From positions 1,984,001-2,048,000 of the forward strand of contig JASGHG010000001.1 in assembly GCA_047602425.1 (NCBI GenBank): a stretch of DNA of 64,000 nt, given 5' to 3'. Below are positions 38,366 to 48,200 of this stretch, piece by piece. The notes under the pieces are model-generated. The model was not told the origin of the DNA, did no database searches, and worked only from the letters and a program-made list of their open reading frames with translations. Position numbers and translations under genes: made by a program. This DNA comes from Nibricoccus sp. (GTDB taxonomy: Bacteria; Verrucomicrobiota; Verrucomicrobiia; Opitutales; Opitutaceae). Position 1 is the first letter of the stretch, and every line of letters begins with the position of its first letter.

Positions 38366-38908
38366 TTATTTTTTCGTCGGCAACATCTTGTCGCCATCCA
38401 GCGCGTAAATCGCCGTGAGAAATCCGTTTTCATAGAGCTCCTTGACGCGGAGCACGCCGCTGAATGACACCGGCACATCCATCAGCTGGAGCGCCCCTTT
38501 TGGCATGCGAACGAGAATCCATTCGTTGAGCTGCGGGACCACGCCATAACAACACATCATCTGCGTGCGCATGAGGAGCAGCTCCGTCACTTTTCCTCCT
38601 TCCATTTTGATCGGCAACATGAAGCCCGTGACAACCGCCTTGCGGCCGTCGAGCGCGCGGATTTCGTCGGGGATCTGTTTGCCCAGTGAAGGCCCTTCGG
38701 ACCCCGGCGCGGCCTTCGGATCGAAGGGTGGTGGTTCGACTTTGAAAGCAGCCAGCCGGTCGAAATCCGCCTTGATCAATCCGTCAACGACCGGAAACGC
38801 CGCCGCCTCTCCCGCCGCCCGCGCGGACACCGTGCAGCAGGCCAAACCCACGGCAACAAGCCGAAGCGCCTTGAAAAGACCGGAAAAAGACCATCGAAAG
38901 CGTCTCAT
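38366..38908 (-). CDS. DUF3299-like protein
   Basis: ALDGRKAVVTGFMLP, CCYGVVPQLNEWI, V.F.G.L motifs. Lies next to ABC exporter genes. Confidence 0.65.
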   Translation of the reverse strand: MRRFRWSFSGLFKALRLVAVGLACCTVSARAAGEAAAFPVVDGLIKADFDRLAAFKVEPPPFDPKAAPGSEGPSLGKQIPDEIRALDGRKAVVTGFMLPIKMEGGKVTELLLMRTQMMCCYGVVPQLNEWILVRMPKGALQLMDVPVSFSGVLRVKELYENGFLTAIYALDGDKMLPTKK

Positions 38909-39018
38909 AACATCGAAGACGTTAACAAATGCAGCCAGCGGCTCAGGTCAACCCTCCCTCGGAGGCGCCGGATAAAGTGTCACGCAATATGCACAAACCA
39001 TTCGCCAGAGTCAAAAGC

Positions 39019-40221
39019 TCAGGACACCGGCGCAAGCGTCTCGGCCACCGGGACGCGATAGGCCTTGAGCGCTGGCACAACGCCACCCAAAGCGGCCAGC
39101 GCAACCATCGACAAAGGACAAATCCATAGCACTGGCTGCCACGTCGCCAAATCGAGCACTACGCCGGTCTGCGCCCGGATCGTTTGTGCAACCGCAGTCA
39201 ATAACCCGGCGTGAACCAAAAATCCACCCATCGCGCCGAGCAGACCGATAATTGCGGCTTCACCCACCACGGCCCCAAACACCGTGCGTCGGTGGGCTCC
39301 GAGGGATCGCAAGATCGCGATATCACGCCGCCGGGAATTCATCGAGGCGTAAATGCTCGCCAGCACCGAACCCGCCGCAACCAATGCAACGAGGTAAGCC
39401 ACCAAAGCCAGCACGCGGTCGAACCATCCGATCTTCGAAAATAATTCTCCAACGACCGCTCCGACCGGATACGCAAACGTCAACCGATTGCCCTGCTTGT
39501 TGTACATCACGTCGAGCATGAAGCCCGCCGTCGGCGCACGCAGTTGGATCAGCACCGCGCTCACTTCCGTGGCAGCAGCAGGATTGTGACCTGACATCGT
39601 CTGCACGCCTTCCAATGGCGTCCAGATCACACGGTCTGCGGGCGTGTTGGTCGGCGCGAGAACGCCAACCACCGTGTATTCCTCCTCGTGGTCGTGGTCT
39701 TCGGCATAGGCAAGTCCATGCGAAGGATGAAAGGTCGTACCCACTTTCCAGCCGAGTTTTTGCGCGGCAAAACTGCCGACCACCGCCTCGTGTTTCGCGG
39801 GATCGAAAAATCTACCGCCCGTCAGCCTGTGTTTTTTCCCGGCGGAAAATTCCACGTCACTCAGCAACTCCGGCACCGTGCCCACAATGCGCCAGCCGTG
39901 AAAATTATCTCCAACCGCAATCGGGATAGCAGCCTTCACCGCCGGGTGCTTTTTGATTTGCTCGTAGTCGGACCAAGCCACGTTGCCCGGAGAAGCTTCG
40001 AGATGAAAAATCGCGTTGAGCACCAGTTGGAGTTTCGAACCGCGCGCCCCGAGCACTGCGTCAAAACCCGCCGTCGTTTGTGTGAACGTCTGTTGCGACT
40101 GCGTTTTTACCACCCAAACCGTCATTAGCAAACCAGCCGCCAGAGCCAAACTACATGCCGTGACCAACGTCGACAAGGCGTGCTGGCGGAGGCTACGATA
40201 AATGATGAGCAAAATCGTCAT
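39019..40221 (-). CDS. ABC transporter permease (MacB/FtsX type)
   Basis: N-terminal TM, periplasmic domain with HDHEEE, RRRDIAILRSLGA, three C-terminal TMs. Confidence 0.88.
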   Translation of the reverse strand: MTILLIIYRSLRQHALSTLVTACSLALAAGLLMTVWVVKTQSQQTFTQTTAGFDAVLGARGSKLQLVLNAIFHLEASPGNVAWSDYEQIKKHPAVKAAIPIAVGDNFHGWRIVGTVPELLSDVEFSAGKKHRLTGGRFFDPAKHEAVVGSFAAQKLGWKVGTTFHPSHGLAYAEDHDHEEEYTVVGVLAPTNTPADRVIWTPLEGVQTMSGHNPAAATEVSAVLIQLRAPTAGFMLDVMYNKQGNRLTFAYPVGAVVGELFSKIGWFDRVLALVAYLVALVAAGSVLASIYASMNSRRRDIAILRSLGAHRRTVFGAVVGEAAIIGLLGAMGGFLVHAGLLTAVAQTIRAQTGVVLDLATWQPVLWICPLSMVALAALGGVVPALKAYRVPVAETLAPVS

Positions 40222-40348
40222 GACGATTTCGAAATTCCAAAGCCCAGAGGTCCAAATTCCAAAACGACGCGCCGCGGTATGACTAAGCTTAACCCGCTAT
40301 TCACAAACCCGTCGCGAGATGATGCCGCTCTGATCTTTGTGATTTGAT

Positions 40349-41035
40349 TCATTGGAGTTTGGTGCTTCCGCGATCAATGGTGCAACCGTTGATCGCGGCG
40401 AAATCCTGGACGCGCTCGAATTGCGCGAGGGCCGTCTCGTCGTGGCTTACCAGCAGGAGCGCAGCGCCGGTCTCGCGGCAGGTTTCGCGAATAAGCGTAA
40501 GCGCCTCCGTTGCGTTGCGCCGGTCAAGGTTGCCCGTCGGCTCGTCAGCCAGCACAAGTTTCGGACGATTCACGAGCGCGCGCGCCACGGCCACGCGTTG
40601 CTGCTGGCCGGTGGAAAGCTGCCGTGGATAATGCGCCAGCCTGTCACCGAGTCCCACGCGCTCCAGCATCGACCGCGCCCGGCCACGATCGACGCCACAA
40701 CCAAAAGACATGCCCAAGAGCACATTTTCCAGCACGGTGTGGCCTTGGAGCAGGTTGAAGGTTTGGAAAATGTAGCCGAGTTTGCCGGCGCGGAGGCGGT
40801 CGCGCCGCGATTCGCCGAGCGCGGCCATATCGGTGCCGTCGATTTCAATGCTTCCGGTATCGGTCGCAAGGATGCCCGCGATGAGATGAAGAAACGTCGT
40901 TTTGCCAGAACCGCTTTCGCCGCGCAGCGCCAACTGCTCGCCAGCACCAAGGGAGAAAGACGGCACATTCACGACCGCGGCGCGCCTTCCGTCGGGCGCG
41001 ACAAATGCCTTGGTGAGCCCTTGGATGTTGAGCAT
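40349..41035 (-). CDS. ABC transporter ATP-binding protein (LolD/MacB type)
   Basis: GESGSGKT, LSTGQQQRVAVARA, LADEPTGNLD, VSHD. Confidence 0.93.
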   Translation of the reverse strand: MLNIQGLTKAFVAPDGRRAAVVNVPSFSLGAGEQLALRGESGSGKTTFLHLIAGILATDTGSIEIDGTDMAALGESRRDRLRAGKLGYIFQTFNLLQGHTVLENVLLGMSFGCGVDRGRARSMLERVGLGDRLAHYPRQLSTGQQQRVAVARALVNRPKLVLADEPTGNLDRRNATEALTLIRETCRETGAALLLVSHDETALAQFERVQDFAAINGCTIDRGSTKLQ

Positions 41036-41100
41036 GGCAAGAATTACTACCCGATACTCAACCGTTTTGCCAAGGGCTGCGAACGAGCGTCACCGAAACG

Positions 41101-42867
41101 TCACTCTTTCGATTTTTTCGGGCGACGCGGACTGCGTGGGCGGGACGACTTCTTCGCCTTGGCAGGCTTGGACTCGTCATCGCCTTCGTCGGAAGCTTCC
41201 GTCTCGGGCTCGGTTTCTTCGATTGGCTGATCGCTGGCGGCCGCTTCCGCGGCGACGGCTTCGGTCGGACGCGATTCGGTGGCAACGCCGTCGACTTCGG
41301 CATCCGAAACCGGGAGATGATCGGCCGGCTTCATCGGCGCGTTCGACTCGTCGCTCGATACAGGGCCAGCGTTCGTGACGGCTTCGGTTGAAATCGGGTC
41401 GGGACCGGCTGGTTCGGCTTTGGAAAGTTCGCCGGTGGCGACAGCCTCGGAAACAGCCGCCACGACAACCTCGGGTGCAGGACCGTTGGTTGGAATGGCC
41501 GGCATGGTGACTTCCCCGGTCGGAGTGGCCACCTCGGTGGCGGCCAGGGTTTCGCCCGCGGCCTGCGGAGCGGTTTCCACCGCCTCGGCGGACTTGCGCT
41601 CGTTGTCGCGTTTTTCGCGACCGTTGATCCAGATGCCGCCGCGGCTGTCCTTGTTGATCCAGTAAACCGCTTTGCCGATTTCGACGTAGACCGGTTTGTC
41701 GGCAGGGTTGGCGGGGACATGGAGATTGAGCGCGGCGAGACCGGCGACGAGGTCGGCTTCGGAGGCCTTCAACGCGCGGGCCAGGAAGGAAACGCTGCCG
41801 GAATGTCCGGGGCCACGGCGATTGCGGCGCATGAGCGGATGAAGCTTTTCAAGCAGCGCTTGGCCGGTTGGAAGTGGTTCGGCCGGACCGGAGGGAGCCG
41901 CCTCGGTGGCCGGTGTGCCTTCGGTGGAAGCTCCTTCAACCGCGCCGTCACCACCGGCCGCGTTTGCGGCGTTCGCTGCTGCGGCAGCCTGGGCTTGTTC
42001 GCGGGCGGCGGCACGAGCTGCTGCGGCGGCGGCCTGGGCAGCCTGACGTTCGGCGCGTTCGGCGTTGCGCTTTTCGATCTCGGCTTTTTCGGCGGCGCGT
42101 TCCGCCACGAGTTCGGCGGCGGCAGGATCGTTGGGATCGAGCTTTGTCACCGGGGCGACGCGGAAGGTCGGACGTGGTTTCTCGCGAGTGTTTAGGAAAA
42201 GCTGATTGCGGTTGTTGCGGTTGACCCAATAAAGGTCGCCCTCGAATTCGAAATAATCGGGATCGGCCTCCTCGGTCTCGGGCACGGTGAAACCGCATTC
42301 CTTGAGCGCGCCAACGATGTCGGTCTCTTTTTGATCCCAGCGTTTGGCGAGGTAATCGATGGCGACGGACATTCCCGGTCCGCGTTGGTTGCGGCGCAGG
42401 TGGGGCTTGATGGCCTCGAAAAGCGTGGGAAGTTCATCTTCCTGCTCGACCCATTTGTCCCAATCCTCCTCCTCGTCGGGCGCGTCGGGATCCTGGTCGC
42501 GCTCGGTGTCGCGGACAGTGCGAAGCTTGGTGTCTTCGACCTTGGTCTTCGGCGCTTCGGCCTCGACGAGGGCGGGCGGAAGCTCGGGTTTTTCCTCGAT
42601 GACGGGCGCGCCGGACTTTGCGACAGGCGGCGTGTCCCAAGCAGTCGGTTTCGGTGCCGTCACAATCGTGGCTTCCGGCGGCACCCAGTCGCGGGTCGTG
42701 GAGCGACGCGCAAGGCCGTTGAAAGCGAGCGAGTTGTTGGGCAGGGTTTGGAAGTTGATGATCTCCCACTCGTCTTTGCCGAGTGCGTTGAGATGTGCTT
42801 CCAGCAGCGACGGCGATGCAAAGCCGTGCGGGCCGCTGGTGATGACTTTATATTCCCAAAGGGCCAT
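41101..42867 (-). CDS. Hypothetical protein: DUF4177-like N-terminus, two copies of an ~82-aa domain, low-complexity linkers
   Basis: MALWEYKVI...LNALGKDEWEII. Repeated P.(L/M)RRN.RGPG.S...YW(V/I)N....N.REK. Ala/Glu/Pro-rich spacers and a basic tail. Confidence 0.7.
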   Translation of the reverse strand: MALWEYKVITSGPHGFASPSLLEAHLNALGKDEWEIINFQTLPNNSLAFNGLARRSTTRDWVPPEATIVTAPKPTAWDTPPVAKSGAPVIEEKPELPPALVEAEAPKTKVEDTKLRTVRDTERDQDPDAPDEEEDWDKWVEQEDELPTLFEAIKPHLRRNQRGPGMSVAIDYLAKRWDQKETDIVGALKECGFTVPETEEADPDYFEFEGDLYWVNRNNRNQLFLNTREKPRPTFRVAPVTKLDPNDPAAAELVAERAAEKAEIEKRNAERAERQAAQAAAAAARAAAREQAQAAAAANAANAAGGDGAVEGASTEGTPATEAAPSGPAEPLPTGQALLEKLHPLMRRNRRGPGHSGSVSFLARALKASEADLVAGLAALNLHVPANPADKPVYVEIGKAVYWINKDSRGGIWINGREKRDNERKSAEAVETAPQAAGETLAATEVATPTGEVTMPAIPTNGPAPEVVVAAVSEAVATGELSKAEPAGPDPISTEAVTNAGPVSSDESNAPMKPADHLPVSDAEVDGVATESRPTEAVAAEAAASDQPIEETEPETEASDEGDDESKPAKAKKSSRPRSPRRPKKSKE

Positions 42868-42970
42868 AATCGTTGTTTTTCGGGTCGGGGGCAACGCATC
42901 CCAAATCCCGGGGCTGTTGCCGAGCCTAATCTCACATAGAGCTGCATTTAGCAGCTGTTTCAACCAATAC

Positions 42971-44587
42971 CTATCGCCGGACTCTCAAAAGGAACGACCA
43001 GTCGTCCTTGAGGTTCTGGGTTTTGATCAAAAGGGTGTTTTGGCCAGCCGCCAGCTGGATCGGAATGAGATCCTGGTCGACTTGGAAACTCCGCTGCCAC
43101 CAACGATCGAGCACCAAGTTGCCGTTCACCCAAACCTTCAAGCCATCCGTGCAGGCAAGTCCGAGGTAGGCCGGACCCGCGTTGGGCATTTCAAATTCCG
43201 TCCAGGCATAACCCACGCTGCTGTCGGCGGGTGTTTTGCCCAGCAGATCCACATAACCTTCCTTGGCCTCGCAACGTTCCCACGTGTAGTTTTTCCCGTC
43301 GACCAGCGCGGTTTTGCCGTTGAGAGGAGCAAGACTGGCCACGCCTTCCTTCGCAAAAAAGTCCGTGCCATACGCACTCGTCGAAGCGGCGCCTCCACCC
43401 GAAAACGCTTCGGCCGGAACCGGGATCGGTCGGAGTACCAACCAGCTCGGGATCGCCACTTCCTTGCGCCCCGAGAGTAGAATCCAGTCGCGATCCGCCT
43501 CCATCGCCTGTTTTTCCTCCGGAACCGTATAAGAAAACTCGTACGACGCGGCCACCGGCTTGCCTTGGTCGATCGCGGGTACGAAGACGAAGCTGGTCTT
43601 GAACGCCTTTTCCAAAGCCGCCGCGAAGGATGGCTTGATGGCGTCCTTGTTCGCGATGACCGCCGAAGTGACATTGCCCTGCGCATCGATTTCCAGTTTG
43701 GCGCTAAGCTGATTGATCTGGTTTTTGCGCAGAACAGATGCACGCAAGGGATTGCCGACCAGCAGTGGAGGCGCGGAGCTCGTCGCGTACTGAACCGGAC
43801 GCGTGTTCGCCAGATAGTAGGCGCGGTCTTTCCAGAAAAAAGAATTAGCTTCGTCACCCGCCGCCATGGTCATGCAAAGTTCGTCGATAAATTTTTTCGT
43901 GCCCTCGATGGAATCGACTTCATTGACCGCCAGCGGAATGCCCTCACGCGTAACCAAAACCATACAAGTCCCCTGCTCCGGCGCGAACTGGCGATACACT
44001 TCTATTCCGTCGCGCGATTCGTAGTCCGCCACCAGCCACGGAATGCGCGCGCCTTTGGCAAAACCGAGATCACCCTTCGCGTCCTGCCGAACACCGAGGT
44101 AGATCGCTTCCATTTCGTTGTCATAGAGTCGACGCAAACGCTCATAGGTGCCGCGAAAACGCTCGGGCACTTTGTAGGCATTGCCTTCCCACGAGGAGGC
44201 AAACAGCAGCACATACAACTCCGGCTCCGGCTTGCCTTTGAAGTCGGCCGCTACCAGCGCGTCGTTTTTTAAAACGCGCACACGGTCGGGCAGGTCAAAA
44301 GTCACCGAGGATTTCCCCTTGGACCAATCCGCCGCCCTTTGGTACTTGCCACTGGTTTCCTTGTAGAAACGCACGCAATCCTCGGGAGTCAACGTGCGGA
44401 AGAGCACACGCCGGCCTTTGCCGGAACCGGTTTTGAAAAGTGCAAAAGGCCCGTAGGTTCCCTTCGGCTCGCCTTTAAATGTGACACCCTGCGTGTCCGT
44501 CCAATTGGAACTGGCGGCAAACAACATTGACGACGAAACGACCAGAAGGACGCCGAACCGAAGACAAAGGGGTAATATCGATTTCAT
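42971..44587 (-). CDS. Secreted multidomain protein (thioredoxin-like, TonB-C-like and beta-sandwich segments)
   Basis: Signal peptide. WTDTQG start. LFASSW. IDAQGNV...FVPAIDQGKPV. GYAWTEF..DGLKVWVNG..L..G.N.LLIK. Confidence 0.55.
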   Translation of the reverse strand: MKSILPLCLRFGVLLVVSSSMLFAASSNWTDTQGVTFKGEPKGTYGPFALFKTGSGKGRRVLFRTLTPEDCVRFYKETSGKYQRAADWSKGKSSVTFDLPDRVRVLKNDALVAADFKGKPEPELYVLLFASSWEGNAYKVPERFRGTYERLRRLYDNEMEAIYLGVRQDAKGDLGFAKGARIPWLVADYESRDGIEVYRQFAPEQGTCMVLVTREGIPLAVNEVDSIEGTKKFIDELCMTMAAGDEANSFFWKDRAYYLANTRPVQYATSSAPPLLVGNPLRASVLRKNQINQLSAKLEIDAQGNVTSAVIANKDAIKPSFAAALEKAFKTSFVFVPAIDQGKPVAASYEFSYTVPEEKQAMEADRDWILLSGRKEVAIPSWLVLRPIPVPAEAFSGGGAASTSAYGTDFFAKEGVASLAPLNGKTALVDGKNYTWERCEAKEGYVDLLGKTPADSSVGYAWTEFEMPNAGPAYLGLACTDGLKVWVNGNLVLDRWWQRSFQVDQDLIPIQLAAGQNTLLIKTQNLKDDWSFLLRVRR

Positions 44588-45247
44588 GTGGGGGTAAAAG
44601 GATTCAACCAGCAAACCGCCTGATTATTCCGGCGGCGGGTGGTTGGGTTGACTGTTTTTCCAGGCTAACTTTGGACTCGCCTCCCGATTTTGCGAGAGGA
44701 GACAAGCCAGACCTGATCCAAGAACATCGCGCCCGTTGCCAGCCAAAAAACCCAATCCGGCAAACGTTCTCAAAAGCCCGATGCTCGTTCACAGCCGACA
44801 ATGAAATCTTCGTCCTCGAAAGCTCCTTTTCATGCCGGATGCGTTGAGTGCTGCCATCAACCCGGCGAGCAAAGGAGGGGCCAGGCCCTTGTGGGGAAAT
44901 CCCTCCAAGCTCGCGATTGCCGCGCAAGGCAATCAATATACCCGCAATTCGGCACTCCCGGCCCCCCTACGGTCGCTATTAGCCATTTTCCCTGAGCCAT
45001 AAGCCAAACTATATGAAGCAAGAGATTCCTCAGCTTTCTCCCTGCGTTATGGTTATCCTTTCGAAAGCATACGTTTACCCCCGGCCCTCTGGAACCAATC
45101 GCAAGGCTCCGCCTGCAATCCCCAGAACAACGTGGCTCAACCTATCCGACCATCCAAAACAAAACCATTGAATTGCACAACGGTTGCGAGCTAGATTGTC
45201 GGCAAGGGACACCGGTTGGCGGTTTTCCAGCTTTCTAGCTTCACAAT

Positions 45248-48200
45248 ATGCATCACGTCAAATTCCTTGGCAGGCGGCTTCGTCTGCTCTCGGGTCTGTT
45301 CACGGCTTTGTTCTGCCTCGTCAACGCTCATGGAGCGCCGACCTTTCACGTCAACACCACCCAACTAGACCTCGCCATTCCTGCCGGCGTGAATCATCTG
45401 CCGTTAAACGTCCCGGTAGTGGCTGGTTCAACAAGCCTTGATCTCACCAATGTCACGGTGGCCTCTGACGCGAGTTGGGTCACACCCGCGATTGACAAGA
45501 CGAACAACGTTATAGCGCTAACTTTTTCCACCACCGCCCTGATCGCGGCCAGCAACACCGCCACCATCACCGTAAGCGATGGAACGAACAGCGAACAGTT
45601 TTTCGTCAAGGTAGGCGTCGCCATCTTAAACATCGTCGGATTGGTCGACGATCCCGTGCGCTCGCGCACCTACGCGATCCACCAAAATGCACTTAATCTC
45701 GGCGCGGTCGTGATCTTCAATCCCATCAGCGGCACCTCAGTCGGCTGCATCACCGTGGGTAAAAAACCCACCGATCTGGCGATTAAGCCCGACGGCAGCG
45801 AGTTGCTTGTCATTTGCAGCGTCAGCCAGAACATAACCGCAATCAATCTCCAGACCCAAAAGGCGGGCGAGATCATTGCGCTTCCCGCCTATGTGGATTG
45901 GGGGCAGAACGATACTTCGGCGAATGTGGAATATGGACCCAACAACATCATTTATTATACCGATGGTTCCTGGGCGCCGATGTTGAAAGTGCTGAACCGG
46001 CAGACAGGAACCGTGCTGCAAAGTCTCACTCTGAATTCGGATGGTTACGGCTTTGGCGATATCGTCGTCTCGCCTGACAAGCAGTCCCTGTATGGCTGGG
46101 CTCAATATGGCTGGAGTGCAGGTATGGCAGGCTCCTCCGGTCGCAAATTCTCCATTAACAGCGACGGTACCGTCACAGCGGGGAATGCCACTCAAGTCGC
46201 CAGCTATCCCAACGGTATGTTACGAGATCCGATGGACACGCCGGCCCTCATGTCCCGCGACGGTTCCTTGGTGTTTCTCAAGCAATTCGTTTTCGATCCA
46301 GCTTCCTTCGGCAACTCGCTCAAGGCTTTCCCAACCCCGGTCTACGCAATTAGCCCCAACGGCGAAATCGTCTCTACCAGCACGGCGCTCTATGAATATT
46401 CAACCGGAAACAAACTCTATACCCTACCGTCCACGGCGACCGTCCAGACTTACACGTCGGATTACTCACGGCTGGTTTATTTCGACGCCACTGCCAAACA
46501 GCTCAAAACAGTCAACCTGCTCGACACGATCGGCGCGGAAAAACTCGGCCTCCAAATCACGCCGGCAAACGGCGCCATCGTGCAGATCCCCACCAAGCTT
46601 CAGTGGACCACGGTGGCGGGCGTCGACTCGTATAACGTGTATTTTGGCACCTCGGCTTCCGCTGTAACCTCGGCCACCACAGCCTCGGCGGAATATTTGG
46701 GCCAGACCAATGGCAATTTTATCAACCTCACTGGAGCCCTCACACCGGGTACCACCTACTATTGGCGTGTCGATGCAGTGAACGGCACTGACATCGCTCC
46801 TGGCGCGGTCAACTCCTTCACTGTCGCACTCATCGCCTCATCGCTATCGTCAATCAACGCGACCACGGTGTCGGCCCACGATTGTTATCAGGTTTCGCTT
46901 TCCCTGACGTCAGCCGTGCCCGGCATCGCCTGGACCGCATCTTCTGCGAACCCCTGGATCACAGTCAGCAGCGGCAGCGGCACGACACCCGCGACCCTAC
47001 AAGTGACCCTCAACGCCACCAGCCTCGCCGCCGGCCTCAACCAAGGCTCCGTCTCCATCTCGGTCAATGGAGGAGCCTTCAGCATACCGGTCAAACTCCA
47101 AGTCGACCCGCTCGCGCTCACCGTGATCCGCTCCGACCCCGGCTCGACCAAGCTCTACGCCATCAGCGAAGCCATCGATACGGGCGGCGGGACCTCTCGC
47201 GCATATCTGCTGGAAATCGACAGCCTGCTCAAGAAGGCCACGCGCGTCGTGCCAGTCGGCACGTCGGCGACTGACCTCGCCATCCATCATGGTGACAATC
47301 GGATCTACGTTCCCAATTGGAAGCCTGGCGGTCTGCTTGCAGTCAACCTAACTACTTTTTTGGTGGAAAAGACCTTTGCAACTCCTCCATTTGGCGGAGT
47401 CGGCTCCAGTACCAGTGATGTCTATCGCGTTTCACCCGGCGCTTCGGGTCGGCTCATCGTCGAATCGGAAGATCAATGGATCACCGTCGCCCTTTTCAAC
47501 ACGACCACCGGCACCTCCGTTAAAGCAAATGGTAGCCACTACCGAGGAGGAGGCGCTTCGGATCCCACGGGACGCTACTACTACCGATACGGATCCATTA
47601 GTTTGGCCTCACTGGAAAAATTCGACCTCGCCGGAGACGCGTTGACCATACTGCAAACAGCCGTTCAACCCAGCAGCGGCGCCTATGGACCACGCGGTTT
47701 GATCATTTCCGAAAACGGCTCACGCATAATCTCCAACGGCGCCGTTCTGGACACCAACTTTGGCGCCATTTGGATGATCGGCGACCCGATATACTCCACC
47801 TCAGCCGATGGGCGTTATGCATTCGGCGAAACAAAGATTTACGACACCCAGACGAAACAGACCCTTGGTACAATGCCGGTCTCGACCAAAATGAGCGCGT
47901 TCAACTCTGCGACAAACCGCTTAGTTGTTCAAAACGGCGCGGCGTTGGCATTTTATTCACCTTTGGGAATAGGTCTACTGGGGGCAAATATCACCCCTAA
48001 AGATGGCGCAATTGTCGTACCCCCCACACTGGTGCAGTGGACTGCGGTGCCGGGCGTAACGTCCTATCAGGTGTACCTCGGAGATTCACCGGACACTGTC
48101 GCCCGAGCAACAGCCAGCTCTTCTGAATATCTCGGCGAGGTTACCGCGCCTTCAAAGACCCTACCGCCCACCTTGGTCTCAGGCAAAACCTACTACTGGA

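Noticed and set aside
40229..40263. AAATTCCAAA direct repeat between ABC genes
   Set aside because: Only two short copies with no associated gene. Too weak to interpret.
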